64,000 nucleotides of DNA from the human T2T-CHM13v2.0 reference genome, Homo sapiens. How positions within the stretch are numbered: position 1 is the first letter of the stretch; every line of letters starts with the position of its first letter. This document shows positions 1-13,762 of the stretch, one piece after another. The DNA is taken from NCBI RefSeq assembly GCF_009914755.1, contig NC_060938.1; one strand, given 5' to 3'. Under the pieces are notes generated by a model. It ran no database searches. It saw only the letters and a program-made list of their open reading frames with translations, and was not told where the DNA came from. The position numbers and the translations under genes are program-made.

Positions 1-243
1 GAATAAGATCAAGAGATCTATTACACAGCATGGTGACTATAGTTAATGATGATAAATTGTATTCTTTAAAAATGCTGAGAATGGATATTATGTATTCTCA
101 CCATAAAATGATAACTATGTGAGGTAATGTATTTATTTGTTAATTAACTGTATTTAACCACTGTGCAAGGTATATATGCTGTGTTGTATAGGATAGATAT
201 AATTTTAATGTAAATTTAAAATAAATAAATAAAACAAATAAAC
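1..243 (+). mobile_element. L1MA-type LINE-1 3' end (runs off window start)
   Basis: Matches the recalled L1MA 3'UTR (aagagatctatt..cagcatggtgactatagttaat..gtgaggtaatg) and ends in an A-rich tail. Confidence 0.85.
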
Positions 244-769
244 TTTTTTTTAAGGAAACACACAAATAAAGTCAGGTTTATTCAATTTGATACAACAAGG
301 GAGAATACATCCTGGAAGAACCTTAGGAGAATTTCAGGAAAGGGATTTGAGGGTATGTTTGGGTATAAGTTGGATTATTCTAAAAAAGGATTAGGAGAGT
401 GGGGAAGATTTCTGAATTAGAGACTGTTAAAAAGAAGCAGGAGCTAGGGATTCAGTATTTGGATATGTCAGAATTTCTTTGTTCACAAGGTGGGAGGAAC
501 CAAGCAGCACTAGGCTATCAATGGCACCAGGATAACAATAACTTAGAAAAAAAAATTGCCACCCATTATTACAGTTGTACTCTGACCTTGTATAGAAAAG
601 GTGCCTACTTTCCTTGCCATGTGGTAATAGAAATATTAGTTACAGTTGGTTAGCAGAATTGCTGATTTTCAGTCTCTGAAAATTACTGAGTTAGAATATA
701 GCTTAAAAGAATTCACTCAGAATTTAGGTCAAAAAGTCATAGATAAATATATAAATATATATATTATAA

Positions 770-1900
770 ACTCACAAAAAAGAGATGAAGGAGCTTGCTC
801 AAGAATCTCCAAAAAACGAGTGAGAAGCTATATTTAAAGGGACTGGAGCTTTTGCCAGAGAATTTTCCAGAATTGAATAAAATATTATTCCTTAGATTCA
901 CTTCAGAAATGAGTAATAGTAAAAAACAAAAACTGTAGACATTAATAACAAGATGGTAAAGGAATGTCCATGTAACATTAAAGAGCGAAAAGTTTCTTTT
1001 CATGTCTTGGAAAATAAAAACATAATATACATATGAAAAATTAAGGTAACCACAATACAACAGTAAAATATATAACATATACAATAATATAACACTATAT
1101 CTCCCAATTCCACAGATGAAAATTGACGAAATATTTTAAAAATTATCCTTCAAAGAGAAAACAAGCAAAGAGAAAAACAAAAGGAAAGAAAATTATAAGT
1201 AGTATGATTAAGATGGTAGGAATATTTGCAAATGTATTAGTGATCATGATATATGTTAATTTGCAGGGTAGAAAACAGAATATCCAAATGGACTTTAAAA
1301 AATATATCTCAACAATTCTTTTTTTAAAAAAAATCACACAGACAAGTTAAAATCACATGGATATCAAGTCACATCAAGAAAGTACTAACCAAAGCAAAGC
1401 TGTATTAATAGCAGACAAATTAGAATTCTTGGTAAAAATCAATAATAGTGATGGGGAAAAATCCACCAAGATAGTTTGATTATCAGAAATTTAGATGCAC
1501 TTACTGATTTAAAGTTAAAATATATAATGCAAAAATTGACGTAATTGCAAAGAGTAGTTAGCAAATCTGCAATTAGTAGGGGACTACACTCTTCTTGTAA
1601 CACTCTTCTCTCAGAAACCAGTCTATGAAGATGACAAAAATTAGTAAGTACAGTAAATTTAAATAATACAATTAACAAGATTAATCCAATAGAAATGTTA
1701 ATAGAACTTGCATCCAGTAAATAAAATATACATTATTTGCAGGTATTCATGAAATATTTACTAACAACTAAGGTTTAACAAATTCCAACAATTATAGACT
1801 ACATTCTGTAACCATAATTTGATTAAGTTCAATTAACAATGAAAATAGCATTTTACTAAAACAAACAAAAAGTTTGGAAACTTTAAGGTGCATTCAGGAA
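770..1900 (+). mobile_element. Highly degraded ancient L1M (ORF1 remnant plus ORF2 endonuclease region)
   Basis: A-rich strand. Remnants of the ENFPEL (gagaattttccagaattg), ILIADK (taatagcagacaaattaga) and SDH-like (acattctgtaaccataat) segments. Confidence 0.6.
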
Positions 1901-2799
1901 GGCTATCTAGTTTAAGATAAACTGCACTAAACAAATCATTTCTTACCCATCTGTTTTAGTTTACCAATGTGTGTAATTAATAAACTGGACAATTAGAAGA
2001 TCAGGAACTCTACTATGTTTTATATTACAACACAAATTGCAGAAATCAAAGAGTGATGATAAAATATTGAGAAACAGTGTACTTGTTAATTTGTTAAACC
2101 AAAAGATTTTTGAAAGAACCAAGATTCCTTTTGAGAAATGTGGTAAAAATAAAAGTTATTTGTGTATTAATAAAAATGCAATGACATTTTTTAAACATAG
2201 TTACATTTTGCTATTACCATTTGCTGCTTACTATTTTAAAATATAGTTACATTTACCAAATTACATTTTTGTAAATGACTGCTTTATATTACATACTGTA
2301 ATCTCTTTTAATATTAACAATAGCAATAACAGCTTATGATAATGACACTTAAGGTTATTTTTATCACCTTCCTTAAATAACTACATTTACTCAATTATAG
2401 CTTTAACCCTCAGAATACTGTAATTTTTCAAACTCCTGGTCAATTGAATATTTAGGAAGAGTGAATCCTTGTTTTTATTGATCATTCCAATGACCATTGT
2501 CTTGGTTGTATTGCTGAGATTTCTTTTTTAAAAGAACACATTCTTCGTTTTGTATGTTGAATAAATGTCTTGATTCTATCCAAGGACACATTCAATGTGT
2601 TTTCTTTCACCACAACTAAGCTTTAGTTCACTTTCCAAGTCGACTTTGCTAATTTCAAGTCTATCTTTCATATTCTCCCAACAATTTAAAACATTCATGT
2701 TTATGTTTCCAAGATCCCCCTTTTCCATTTCATACATTCTTTTACTCTTTCAACAAACATTTACTTGCTTCCTGTTGCATGCCAGGAGGTGTAAGGCTT

Positions 2800-2960
2800 T
2801 ATGCCAGGTCCAGTGTTAAGAACTTCCCCTAAATAATCATATTTAATATTCTCAACAATCCAAAGAAATAGATATTGATCTTATCCCCACATTACAGATG
2901 AGAAAATATAAGTACAAAGATGTTAAGAAACTTGCCCAAGGTCACACTTCTACTAAATTC
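2800..2960 (-). mobile_element. MIR SINE
   Basis: Reverse MIR core: atccccacattacagatgagaaaa...cttgcccaaggtcacac. Confidence 0.8.
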
Positions 2961-3025
2961 CTTAGCTAGCTCTAAAACCTAGGCACAGAGCATAGTCTCT
3001 GTACTGTGGCTAACTTGGGAAAAAC

Positions 3026-3410
3026 AGTAGTGGAAGTTTGCACTACATCACTCCAATACATCACCAATTTTGTACATAGCCCTCTGCCATGTAACTTTCC
3101 TGACCCTCAGGCTAAAGGCATGATATGTTTTTCCACTCTATAAATATTGGGTATGGCCATGTGGCTTGCTTTGGCCAGTGAAATATTTGCAAACATAATA
3201 CAAGCAAAGGACTGAAATAGCTTATGTGATTGAGCTGTGCATTTTTTCCATCACATACAAAGGTAGCTCCTTGGCCCCAGACCTGACCTTAAATCAACTG
3301 AACCCAGTCAACCAGCAAATGCTTATCGAGAAATGAGTCTTGTTTTTGCATGCTACTGAGATGTTGTGGTTGTTATGCAACAGCTTGTCAGCAAATAACT
3401 GACTGAAACA
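3026..3410 (+). mobile_element. MLT1 (H/I/J-like) MaLR solo LTR
   Basis: Contains ggccatgtggcttgctttggccagtgaaat and a typical end (tgctactgagatgttgtggttgttatgcaac...gactgaaaca). Confidence 0.7.
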
Positions 3411-3713
3411 AGTGACAAGTAAGCAAATAACACTAATACATTGTTGTCAGTGATTTTATAAAAGACATTCTGGGTGCTAAAAAACAGAGACAAAGCAGAG
3501 GTTTTGGTATGCTATCTGGAGACAATGATACCTGAATTAGTTCTAAAATAATCTATAATTTTTTTCTGAAAATGGGTTTTGTGGGGAATTGAAGGCTGTT
3601 ACTAGAAGAGGGCAGCATGTTTGCTGGCCTGGCCTTGAAAGAGAGGTAATTTTAGAGATTCGTTGCAGCTGGAATATAGGGTTCCACAGAGGGAATGATA
3701 ATGATAACGATCA

Positions 3714-4150
<437 letters not shown>

Positions 4151-4479
4151 TTGAAAAGTAGTCAAATGTTATTTAATCTTTTTGTTCACTCAATTTTTTA
4201 TCATTCTATATAAATTAAAATAAAATTAAGGGGAAATTAGTGAAACCTAGGTGCTCATGAGTGCATGTAGAAAAGAACACTGATACGTTGTACTTTGCTA
4301 GTTGGTTCCATGCAACTATCTACCTCTTAAACACATTTCTCCTGAAGTTTTAACTCCATATATATGATTACACATTTTGTTCATTCAAGCACAAATTTCA
4401 AGGCTAGGACACACTTTAGTCAGTAGAAGTGGCTCATACTAGCAATGATTCAAAACAGGGGAGGGGAAAGCATATAAGC

Positions 4480-5298
4480 ATCTAGAGAGAAGCTGGAAAT
4501 AAAAGAATAAAAAGCTCAGCAAATTGTCTCCCTACAAAATATTTATAAAACTGGAAACAATATAGAATTATGGAAATTGACTAAAAGAATACACCAACTT
4601 GAGAGGTGAGTGTTTTTCAAGAAAAGAAAAAGAAAACTAAGCTATGGATTAGAACAGGGAGAGTACAGCATTTCTCCCATGGGCTAATCCCAACCCTCAC
4701 CTCAGCTCAATTTGCACACTTATTCTACCAGTGCAGGGCAATGAGGAGAGGCATGCCTTGATTGGGGTCAGAGCACAGAAAGGTCTCACAAGTGGCATTG
4801 TCTGAACAGTTGTGATCTTAGTGGCAAATACATTGTGAAGACCAGTGCTAAGTTAGCCTGAGGTTGCCCTTCTGCCTGGGGCAAAAATGGACCAGGAACC
4901 TAGCCAGAAATTTTACAAAGAGATACTCCAAATAAGTTATTCATAGGGTTCTTTAACAAACTCTTCACACACCTGCACAAAAGAGACTGGAGAGAGTCTA
5001 AGCTATCTATCCATACACCCCTGGTTGATCTTGATATGCATATCTTCATAGAAGAGAGGCCAAAAATCCTAAAAGCTGGGCTGATTTAAAAACTGCCTGA
5101 AATTTGAATGTATTCCCCAATACACAAACATATCCACTAATATAGGGTAGAAGCTTTACTGGCTTGAGGTCTTTGAACACAATCTCTGACCAGTCATTGA
5201 CTGACCACTAAGCTATGCAGAGAGAGGTGACTCTTATGTAAGCAGGCTTAAAATAATAATAATAATAAAACAAGAATTAAATGTGTGTATGTGCATGT

Positions 5299-5342
<44 letters not shown>

Positions 5343-6669
5343 TTGTATACCAAGCAGAGATACCAGTATCCACAAAGCATCATCAAATTCCAGAGATATA
5401 GTCCAGGCAAGTTATTAAACAGGCAGAAGCAACAACTTTAGGGATAAATTATAATACAGACTTGCTGCAATATGTTATCTAAAATATCTAATTTTTAACA
5501 CACAAAGAAATGAGATATGGAAAGAAACAAAGTGTATCTCATTAAAAAAAATAGTAATAGATAGAAACTGTTTCTGAGGGGGCCCACATTTTGGACTTAG
5601 TAGATAAATACTTCAAAGGAGTTGTTACATATGTATGTTAAAATGACTAATTTTGTATAAAGAATTAAAAGAAAGTATAATGACAATAATTCAACAAATA
5701 GGTTATTGTGATAAATTCATAGAAATTATTTAAAATATGGAAATTTGGGGGTGACAAGTAAAAGAACAGAAATTTAAAACTTACTAGAGGTGCTAAAGAG
5801 TAAATGTGAGATGAAAGAAAATGAGTAAATTTGAAGACATGTTATTAGAATTTATTGAATATGAAGAAAGAAAAATAAAGAAATATGAACAGAATCTAAG
5901 AAACTTGTAAGAAAACACGAGGCATATATGTGTCCTAGAAGTACTAAAAGAGGAAAGAAAAAAGCAGAAATATATATTTGAATAAATAATGTTAAAATAT
6001 TTCCAAATTTGATAAAAATATTTAAAGATGTAAAATTTTCAACAAACCCCAAATTAGATAAACTCTGAAATTTTACACCTCAACACATAATAAGAAAGGC
6101 AAAAAAAAAGAGACAAAGGCATCTACAATTTTTTTTCAATCTATCAACACAGAACTGTACTTCTTTATTTGACATCTTCAGATTAGTGATGAGCCTTGAA
6201 ATGAATCAATTTGTGACAAGACACAAGGAAAGGCAAAGCAAGGTTAGGGAGTGGAGAATACTTGTTTTTCTCCAAGTTTCAGGGCAAGATCAATTAAATC
6301 TTGGACGTCTAGCCATCGCCCCTCTTTCTCCAAAGAGTGGGCCCAGCTGCCTTCATGGGCTGGCAACACAATTCATTTTTACTCACAGCCAGTCTTTCTG
6401 GCTTTCTTGGCTCCTCAGGTCTGAGAAAATTGGACCTGGCAGTGTCAGTGCCACTTGACAAAAGTCTAGATAATCTATTGTATCCATTCCCTGAGTAGTA
6501 TGAAAAACAACTCATCACATACAGGAGACAAAAATACAATTAAAGGAATTTTCATCAGAAATGATGGAGTCAAGAAGGCAATGACATGACATATTCAAAT
6601 TACTAAAAAAAAAAATTGTCAACAAAGAATTCTATGTTAAGCAATGTGTAACAACAAGCAAAGATTAGT
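4480..6669 (+). mobile_element. Ancient L1M 5'UTR/ORF1 fragment (interrupted at 6125-6491)
   Basis: ORF1 remnants atagaaactgtttctgagggggcccacattttggacttagtagataaatacttcaaa and ctcatcacatacagg..ttttcatcagaaatgatggagtcaagaagg. Confidence 0.7.
5282..5345. repeat. (TG)n microsatellite, about 17 uninterrupted units at 5304-5337
   Basis: Read directly from the sequence. Confidence 0.97.
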
Positions 6670-7290
6670 TCTGATGGTTAGTTTTATGCATCAGTTTGAC
6701 TGGACTAAGGGATGCCTAACTAGCCAGTAAAATACTATTTCTAAGTGTGTCTATGAAGGTGTTTTGGAAGAAATTAGCATTTGAATCAGTAGAATTAGTA
6801 AAGATCAGCCTCACTAATGTGGGAGAACATCATCCAATTCATTAAAGGCCCAAATAGTACAAAAAGGCAGAGGAAGGGCAAATTCTGTCTTCTGGAGCTG
6901 GGATATTCATCTTCTCCTGCTTTTAGACATCAGAGGTCCTGGTTTCAGGCCTTTAGGTTTCGGGACTTACACCAGCAGCCCCCACACCAGTTCTGAGGAC
7001 TTTGGCTTCAGACTGGCAATTGTACCACAAGCTCTCCTTGTCCTCAGGCCTTTAAAATTAGACTAAATTACACTACTGGTTTTCCTGGTTCTCCTCTCCA
7101 GCTTGCAGACAGTACATCATGGGATTTCTCAGCCTTCATAATTGTGTGTGCCAATTTCAATAATATGTCTCTCTCTCTCTCTCTTTTTTCTTGTGTGTGT
7201 GTGTATATACACATACACACACACATATATATACATATATTATATATAATATCTCACATGGGTTTTGTTTCTTTGGAGAACTCTAATACA
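6670..7290 (+). mobile_element. MLT2B-like ERVL solo LTR
   Basis: Starts tgatggttagttttatg..gactggactaagggatgcc and ends ctttggagaactctaataca. Perfect 5-bp TSD TTAGT at 6665-6669 and 7291-7295. Confidence 0.9.
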
Positions 7291-8420
7291 TTAGTTGTTT
7301 GAAAAGACCAAAAAATTGGCAATCCTTTAGGTAGACTGAGAAAGAAAAAAACTTTAATGAAAACAGAAGAAAAGAGGAGACATCACTACTAACCATACAG
7401 ACATTAAAAATATTAAAAGGGAACACTATGCAAAAATTTATACAAATAGTTAACTTAGATGAGATGGACAAATTCCTAAAAATACACAAGTAACTGCAAC
7501 TGACTCAATACGAGATAGAAAATCTGAATAGGCATATATATAACACAAAAAGAAATTGAATTAGAAATTTAAAATCTTTCCACAAAGAAAAGCGCACACC
7601 CAGATGACTTCACTGGTAATTTCTAGCAAACATTTTAAGAAGAAATAATACCAACCACTCACAATTTTTTTTTTCAAAAGTAGAAGAGGAAGGTACAATT
7701 TCCAACTAATTCTATGAGGTCTGTGTTACCTTGATACAAATACCTGACAAGCCCCACAAGAAGAAAAGACCAGTAACCCTCATGAGCAGAAATGAAAAAA
7801 ATCCTTCAAAAAATTAGTGAACTAAATCTAGCAACATATTAAAGGGACTCTCCACCATGACCAAGTAGGATTTATTTATGTAATGAAAGATTGCTTTAGC
7901 TATCAAAAATAAATTCATGTTAACAGAATGAAGAAAAAGACAATCATCTCAATAGATGCAGAAAAACACATTTGACAATATTCGACCACTATTTATGGTA
8001 AAGTCTCTCAATAAATAAGTAACACAAACTTTCTAAATATGATAAAGGAGCTAGGAGGCAGCAGGAATTGACTGCACACAGACAAGAAAGAACTTACTTG
8101 GGTGAGGGAGATGTTCTAAACCTACATCATGGTTATGACTGTACAATTTTATAAATTTACAAAAACTCATTGAATTGTATACTATAAGTACTTTTAATAC
8201 TTAAGATTTGTGCATTATTGTTACATTAATTTTACCTTAATAAAGCAATAAAACCTAATGAACAGCAAGAGGTAAATGGGGGAAGCTGTAGATGAAACAA
8301 GGTTAGCAATAATTGCTAAAGCTAAGCCATGAATAATAGCAAGTTATTACACTATTCCACTCACTTTTATGAATGTTTGAAAATATATCATAATAAAATG
8401 TTGGGGTTTTAAAAATTAGA
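7291..8420 (+). mobile_element. Ancient L1M ORF2 (RT region) plus L1MC/ME-type 3' end fragments
   Basis: ttagatgagatggacaaattccta (LDEMDKFL), ccagatgacttcactggt, atctcaatagatgcagaaaa (ISIDAEK), then 3'UTR-like sequence from ~8050. Confidence 0.85.
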
Positions 8421-9644
8421 AATATCAGGGAAAAACAACTGAGGGCTTGGAGAAGGAGCAAGTATAATATGAAAATGTCCCTTGAGTTATTCCAATATTC
8501 CCTTATTCTCTCCTTAAGAAGCACCTCCTTAAGTTCTACATTGCTTTTACAATTTTTTCTTTGGTTAGTGAATTTGATCCTAACACTTGGAGAAAGGAAG
8601 ATAGACATCATTATTTCGCTATATAGATGAAGAAACCACAATCCAAGGGGAAAAAGTAGAAAGGGGGGAAGCTGTGGACAAAGTCTGCATGTCCAGTGCT
8701 CTGCTCACTGCATTGTAATCATCTGTGCATTCCAGGCCTAAGCAATGCTAGATGTAAGCTAAATTGTGTAGTAGGTAAGAATTGTCTGCAGTATTCTCAA
8801 AATCCTCATTTGGCCTCATTGACATATTTTAACCTAGCTTTACATTGTTCCTGTCCCAAACACACACATATACACATAGATTTTATTTTGATACTTCTTG
8901 AAAGGCAGTTTTTTTTCAAATAGCACCCTTCACTCTGCTTCTCTTCCATCTCACTTTCCCTACCCCATCAGTACCTTCCCTCTCAATTCTTGGTTGACAA
9001 TACTTAATAAAGTATTCTCTCCACAGAATTATTAGACTAATGCTACTCTTATCAGAAGTATTTACATTTTAACAGAATCCAACAAAATCTTAAAGAAATG
9101 TATATCTTACTGATAAAACTTTAAGGCTTTGTGGAATGTGGATAGGGAGAATATTTTAGCCTAAGGAGGAAATTTATTGGGCCCTGTGTATTACCTTCCA
9201 GGTTACGTATTATGTCAAACCTGACCAAAGGCAGCATTAACAAATATTGAGAATGAGGAACAAATAAGCATCAGTCTAGTGAACTAAGCTTCTGCTTATT
9301 AACACCAGAAACTAATATTTCATTGTTTAGATAAGATGGAAACACTGTGCTGAGTCAGCTATAAATGAATTGGTGTGGACAATTCCACAGGGGACAATAA
9401 TAGTGGACAGTGTTTGGAATTTGTCTAGTCTAGTGGCCTGCTTCTCTCTTTAATATGAGAGAATAAGATCACTCTTACATTCAAATGTGGATCAGTGAAT
9501 CAGAATATTGGATATTTGGTTTAAAGGCAGTATTTCTCTCAGAATCATCCCCACATTCTCTCCAGTTGAGACTTTGCTGTTTGATCCACACACTCAGATA
9601 TCTCTTCACTGACATCATCATGTTGCATTGAATATGTGCATATA

Positions 9645-10330
9645 CACTTATTCTTTCAAAAAATATATTTGAGCACCTGCTATGTGTCAATACTGTTCTG
9701 GGTATATAGGAAGTCATCAGTGAACAAAATAGAGGAAGATTCCACCTTGTAGAGGAAAGTGAAAATGAAGCAAATGGAAGGAGTTCTTCATATATTCTGA
9801 GTACGTATATGTCTGACAGATTTTTTTTTACTGTTCGTTATGCCTTTCACTCTCTTGGTGGTGTCTTTTGATAAGCAGAAGTTTAAATTTTAGTATTATT
9901 AAAATAAACTTGTATAGAATGTTAGGAGTTTGTCGATGCTAGGAAAGATTAGTCATGCAAATGGCCAAAGATTGCTGAATGTACTGGTTGTCTAAGGAGC
10001 AATAAAAGAGGACAGTGTGGCTAGAGAAGACTGAATGGGATAGGAGTGGGTAGGGAAGAACAGCAGGAGGTGAAGTCCAAGAGTCAAACAAGGAGAGGCC
10101 TCTGCAAGGGTCTACTTCTTTGTGCAATAGGGAGTCATTGCAGATTTTGAGAATTGACCTTGCTTACATTGGAAAAGAATCACTCTAGTCGTTATGTTGA
10201 TAATAATATAGAATATAAAAGCACAGAGATCAATTAAAAGCCTATTGGAAAAAAAGCAGGTGAGAAAAGCTGATCCAGAGTGGTAGTAGCAGAGATGAGG
10301 ACAAATGCTCTTATGGATACAGTGAATATA
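9645..10330 (-). mobile_element. L2 LINE fragments
   Basis: Reverse L2 3' end (aaatatatttgagcacctgctatgtgtcaatactgttctg) followed by purine-rich L2 body. Confidence 0.7.
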
Positions 10331-11064
10331 GATCCAAGAGACTTTCCTTCTACAGAGAATATCTCTATCTCCTTCACTAACCTGGAGCTTAGCATCCCTG
10401 AACACACCATGTGTTCAATGACTATGTGATTAATGGGTTAAAAAATCAAAGAATGAGTGCTGAGCAGCTGTAATCAACCTGGAATGGAAAGCTATTTCAA
10501 GACAGTGTGGAAAAAAATAAACATTATCCATAGCCACAAACTTTTAATTGTTAGAAAGAATAGCTATAGTCATCTTTGAGTACAGAGGCTACTGGTAGTT
10601 TTCATTTGAATATATCTGAAATAAATATTTATGTAATAGAATTGGAGGGTTTTTTTTTTTTTGCTTGAGAATTGTCCTCAATAAATGCATAAAATGAACG
10701 CTCCTTCATCCAGCAGCTGCTATTAAAGAAATGTGTATAAACAACATACAATTATAAAATGCTACTGAGTTCCTAAAATGTGGTGAGTGGTTGACAGGCC
10801 ATAGCAATAGTCTTCTAACTCTTCTCCTACCTCCAGTTTCCCTTGCTGACATTGATCTGTACCACTCCTAGGGCATGCTTTCTAAAGCACATTTCTGCTA
10901 AAATCTTTTAATAATTTTTCATAGTCTTCTGATTTAATAAATATCTTCTCAGTCTTGACATTCAAGGTATTTCTAAATGTCTAGCTTTATATCTCCAGCC
11001 ATTACCTATACTCATGACAAATATAGCTAATATTGAAAGGAACTTAAGTTCTTATTAAGGTGAC

Positions 11065-11212
11065 AAGTTCTGAAGATAAGCTACCTGGGTTTAAATCCCA
11101 GCCGAGCATAAAAATTAACCCATTTAGCTTTAGCATCAGCTTTTGGAAAAATGGGATAGTAACAGTTCCTACCTTATACCTTGTGAAGATTTATTGAGAT
11201 AACAAATGTAAA
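11065..11212 (+). mobile_element. MIR fragment
   Basis: ctacctgggtttaaatcccag..aaaatgggatagtaacagttcctacct..ttgtgaagatt. Confidence 0.65.
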
Positions 11213-11217
11213 TTATG

Positions 11218-11312
11218 CTAGATTGTAAGCTCCATGAAGGCAGGAATCAAATTTATGTTATTCCACACTAAACTTCAATGCCATGTACATAGTAGACACT
11301 GAAAATATATAT
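11218..11312 (+). mobile_element. L2 3' terminus
   Basis: ctagattgtaagctccatgaaggcagg...acatagtagacactgaaaata. Confidence 0.75.
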
Positions 11313-12030
11313 ATATATATATTTATTCAGTGTCTACTATCTGCCTGGTTCTTTTCTAAACCCTGAGGATACCATGGTCTATATCATGAATTCTCATGAA
11401 GCTCACCTTTTGGTAAAGGAAGATAGATAATAAATCCACAAATAAATACACATTTGAACACTATATATTGAAAAGTGTTACATTAAAAAATTACAATGGG
11501 GTAACATATGGGGGTATTTGATTTTGTAGTCATGGAAGAACTCTGAGGAAGTCACACATGAACTCAGATCCAAATATTGGGAAACAAAAATCATGCAAAA
11601 CTAGGGGAAGTGGGAACATTACTAAGTATTCCTAGAAGGAACCTAAAGTTAGCATGCCTTATGGCAGATGGGTTCAATGAACAGAGAAAAGACCAGCATA
11701 GCTATGTCATGCTGTCATGGTAGTGGTGAAAATAATACAAGTGGAATTCAGATTAGGAGCCAGGGCTCCCTAAGAAGATGAGATTTTATTTAGAGTGCAA
11801 TAGGAACCAACTGGAGCTATTTAAGCAGAGGAATAATCACAGTTCACTGGGCCATTGCATAGAAAATGGATTGTGGGGGACAAAAGCAAAATTAAGGAAC
11901 TGGTTAAGAGTTCACACTTTAATAGATATAAGAAATTATGGTGGTTAGCTTTTGTCTGACAAAATGGAAACGGAGTGAATGCAAAATATTTGGAATATAG
12001 TTTGTAGGTAGAAACAAAGGAATAAGAGTC
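11313..12030 (-). mobile_element. L2 3' portion, tail-to-tail with the preceding L2
   Basis: atatttattcagtgtctactat..ctcatgaagctcac..tttaagcagaggaata. Confidence 0.75.
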
Positions 12031-12044
12031 AAGATGGTTTAATT

Positions 12045-12279
12045 CAGGGCCATGTTGTATCTCTTATCGGCCTTCTGCACTTTTGCTTTCATGGCTCTTT
12101 CCACCATGAAAACAATATTAAGAACTGTATTTCACAAGTGCACTGGAATAAAGATGAATATAATCCACTCTGGATTATATTATTTTTCCTTTTGGTTTAA
12201 AAAAAATTAAAACATTTTCAATAGCTCCTAAAAGATTTGTGGGTCCTAAGCACTCTGCCCAATGGGTAAGTTGACTCTG
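12045..12279 (-). mobile_element. ORSL-like hAT-Tip100 DNA transposon MITE
   Basis: CAGGGC..CTG ends. Internal gcacttttgctttc, taaagatgaatataatcc and gtgggtcctaagcactctgcc match the recalled consensus. Confidence 0.7.
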
Positions 12280-12399
12280 GTTTTATTTCTAACAACAAAA
12301 AAATACAACTATTAGTAGACTACATTTGAAAGTGGTAAAACTTTAATGCATATTAGCTATCACATTATTATTATTATACCCTGGACATGACTTGTGCTT

Positions 12400-12760
12400 C
12401 CTTACCTCTGTGGATTTGCTCGTGTTGCTTCTTGAACTTCTCCCTTCCTTACTTGTCAAAAATTCATCTACCCTTCAGTGCTCAGACCAAATGCCAGCTC
12501 TTTTATAAAGTCTTTTCTGATTCCTTCATTGGTCTTAATCCTTCTCGTCTCTGTCTCCACAAGTCCACGTCAGTATCAGTCTCACGGCTCTAATTAGAGT
12601 TTGGTCTTGATTTATGTTAATTTATATACTTCTTTCCCTTACACATGTTTTAACTCCTTTAAATCCTTAGTGATACCTCATAAATCATAGCTTTATCTCT
12701 TACTGTGCCTAGCCAAGTGGCTTGCATAAAGTAAAGCCTCAATAAATATTTTTGACTTGA
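12400..12760 (+). mobile_element. L2 3' fragment
   Basis: Ends gtgcctagccaagtggcttgcataaagtaaagcctcaataaatattt. Confidence 0.65.
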
Positions 12761-13431
12761 ATATCCACGAAAACAGTCAGTCAGCCAAGTACTCTCACCA
12801 AAGCTTGTTGGGGCAAGATTGGTCTTCAGTATTGCTGCCCAGACTGTGGCACATGATCACTTTGAGACCATCTATTAAGCAACAAATTTCTAAGAGGAAT
12901 GCCAACTGTGACTCCCCACTTTACAAAGGATGCTGCCAGGCTTCTAAATAACAACTCTATGGAGCATCCATCCAAAACACCAGCTGGAGTGCAGACAGAC
13001 TTGCACCTTGTTGACTCCCAGAACCATAAATCTAGAGCCTTGGCTAGTCTCCATTTTGGTTAATGATGATTGAGATCTGAAGCAGCTGAAAGATAAGGAT
13101 TCTGATTAGATAGAGAAAGGAAATTAGATCCTGGGTAAATGGAAGCATTATCCATTTAAACTGCGTCTGTCCTAATACTTACTTTGTAGAAAGCACTGTG
13201 CTTGGTACCATGGAAAATACAAATAGATCTTAGACCCAATCCTTGCTCTCAATGGAAATTATTTACAGCAGGGAATGGAGCTAGAGGAAAAAGATACTAG
13301 TGGAATCACAAATATAAAAACGACTCTGTGTCTTCAATGAAAAGAAGGCATTATTTAGCTCCAGATGGACACTGACATATGACATCAGATGAATAAGCCC
13401 ATATTCCTTAATTTCATTTTCTCTATAGAAA

Positions 13432-13475
13432 AACAACAACAGCAACAACAACAACAACAACTACTACTACTACTA
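13432..13475. repeat. Compound (AAC)n(TAC)n microsatellite
   Basis: Read directly from the sequence. Confidence 0.9.
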
Positions 13476-13762
13476 TTGCTACTTTTCCTTCTATCAGGAA
13501 TACTAGGTGGTCTCACTACGTAGGAAACATAATAGTTTCTTTTCTTTTAAACATTTTTATTGCGCAGTTTTCAGTTAAATGCATGAATTCCATTCAATTT
13601 GCAATTGAAATTGCAAATTTCAATTTTTCCTACTATTTTGAGAAAGAAAAGAGGAATTAATGCCCCAATAAATTGATAATTAACCATAATTGATATTCAT
13701 ATATTTATCAACAATTGTTTATTGAGCACCAAATACGACAAAGGAATTTTGATCAGTGTAAA

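Noticed and set aside
255-700. Possible reverse-strand LTR
   Set aside because: Only a vague resemblance. I could not assign termini, TSD or family.
12157-12181. 11-bp-arm hairpin AATATAATCCA-CTC-TGGATTATATT
   Set aside because: It sits inside the ORSL-like MITE, and the symmetry is probably largely inherited from that element.
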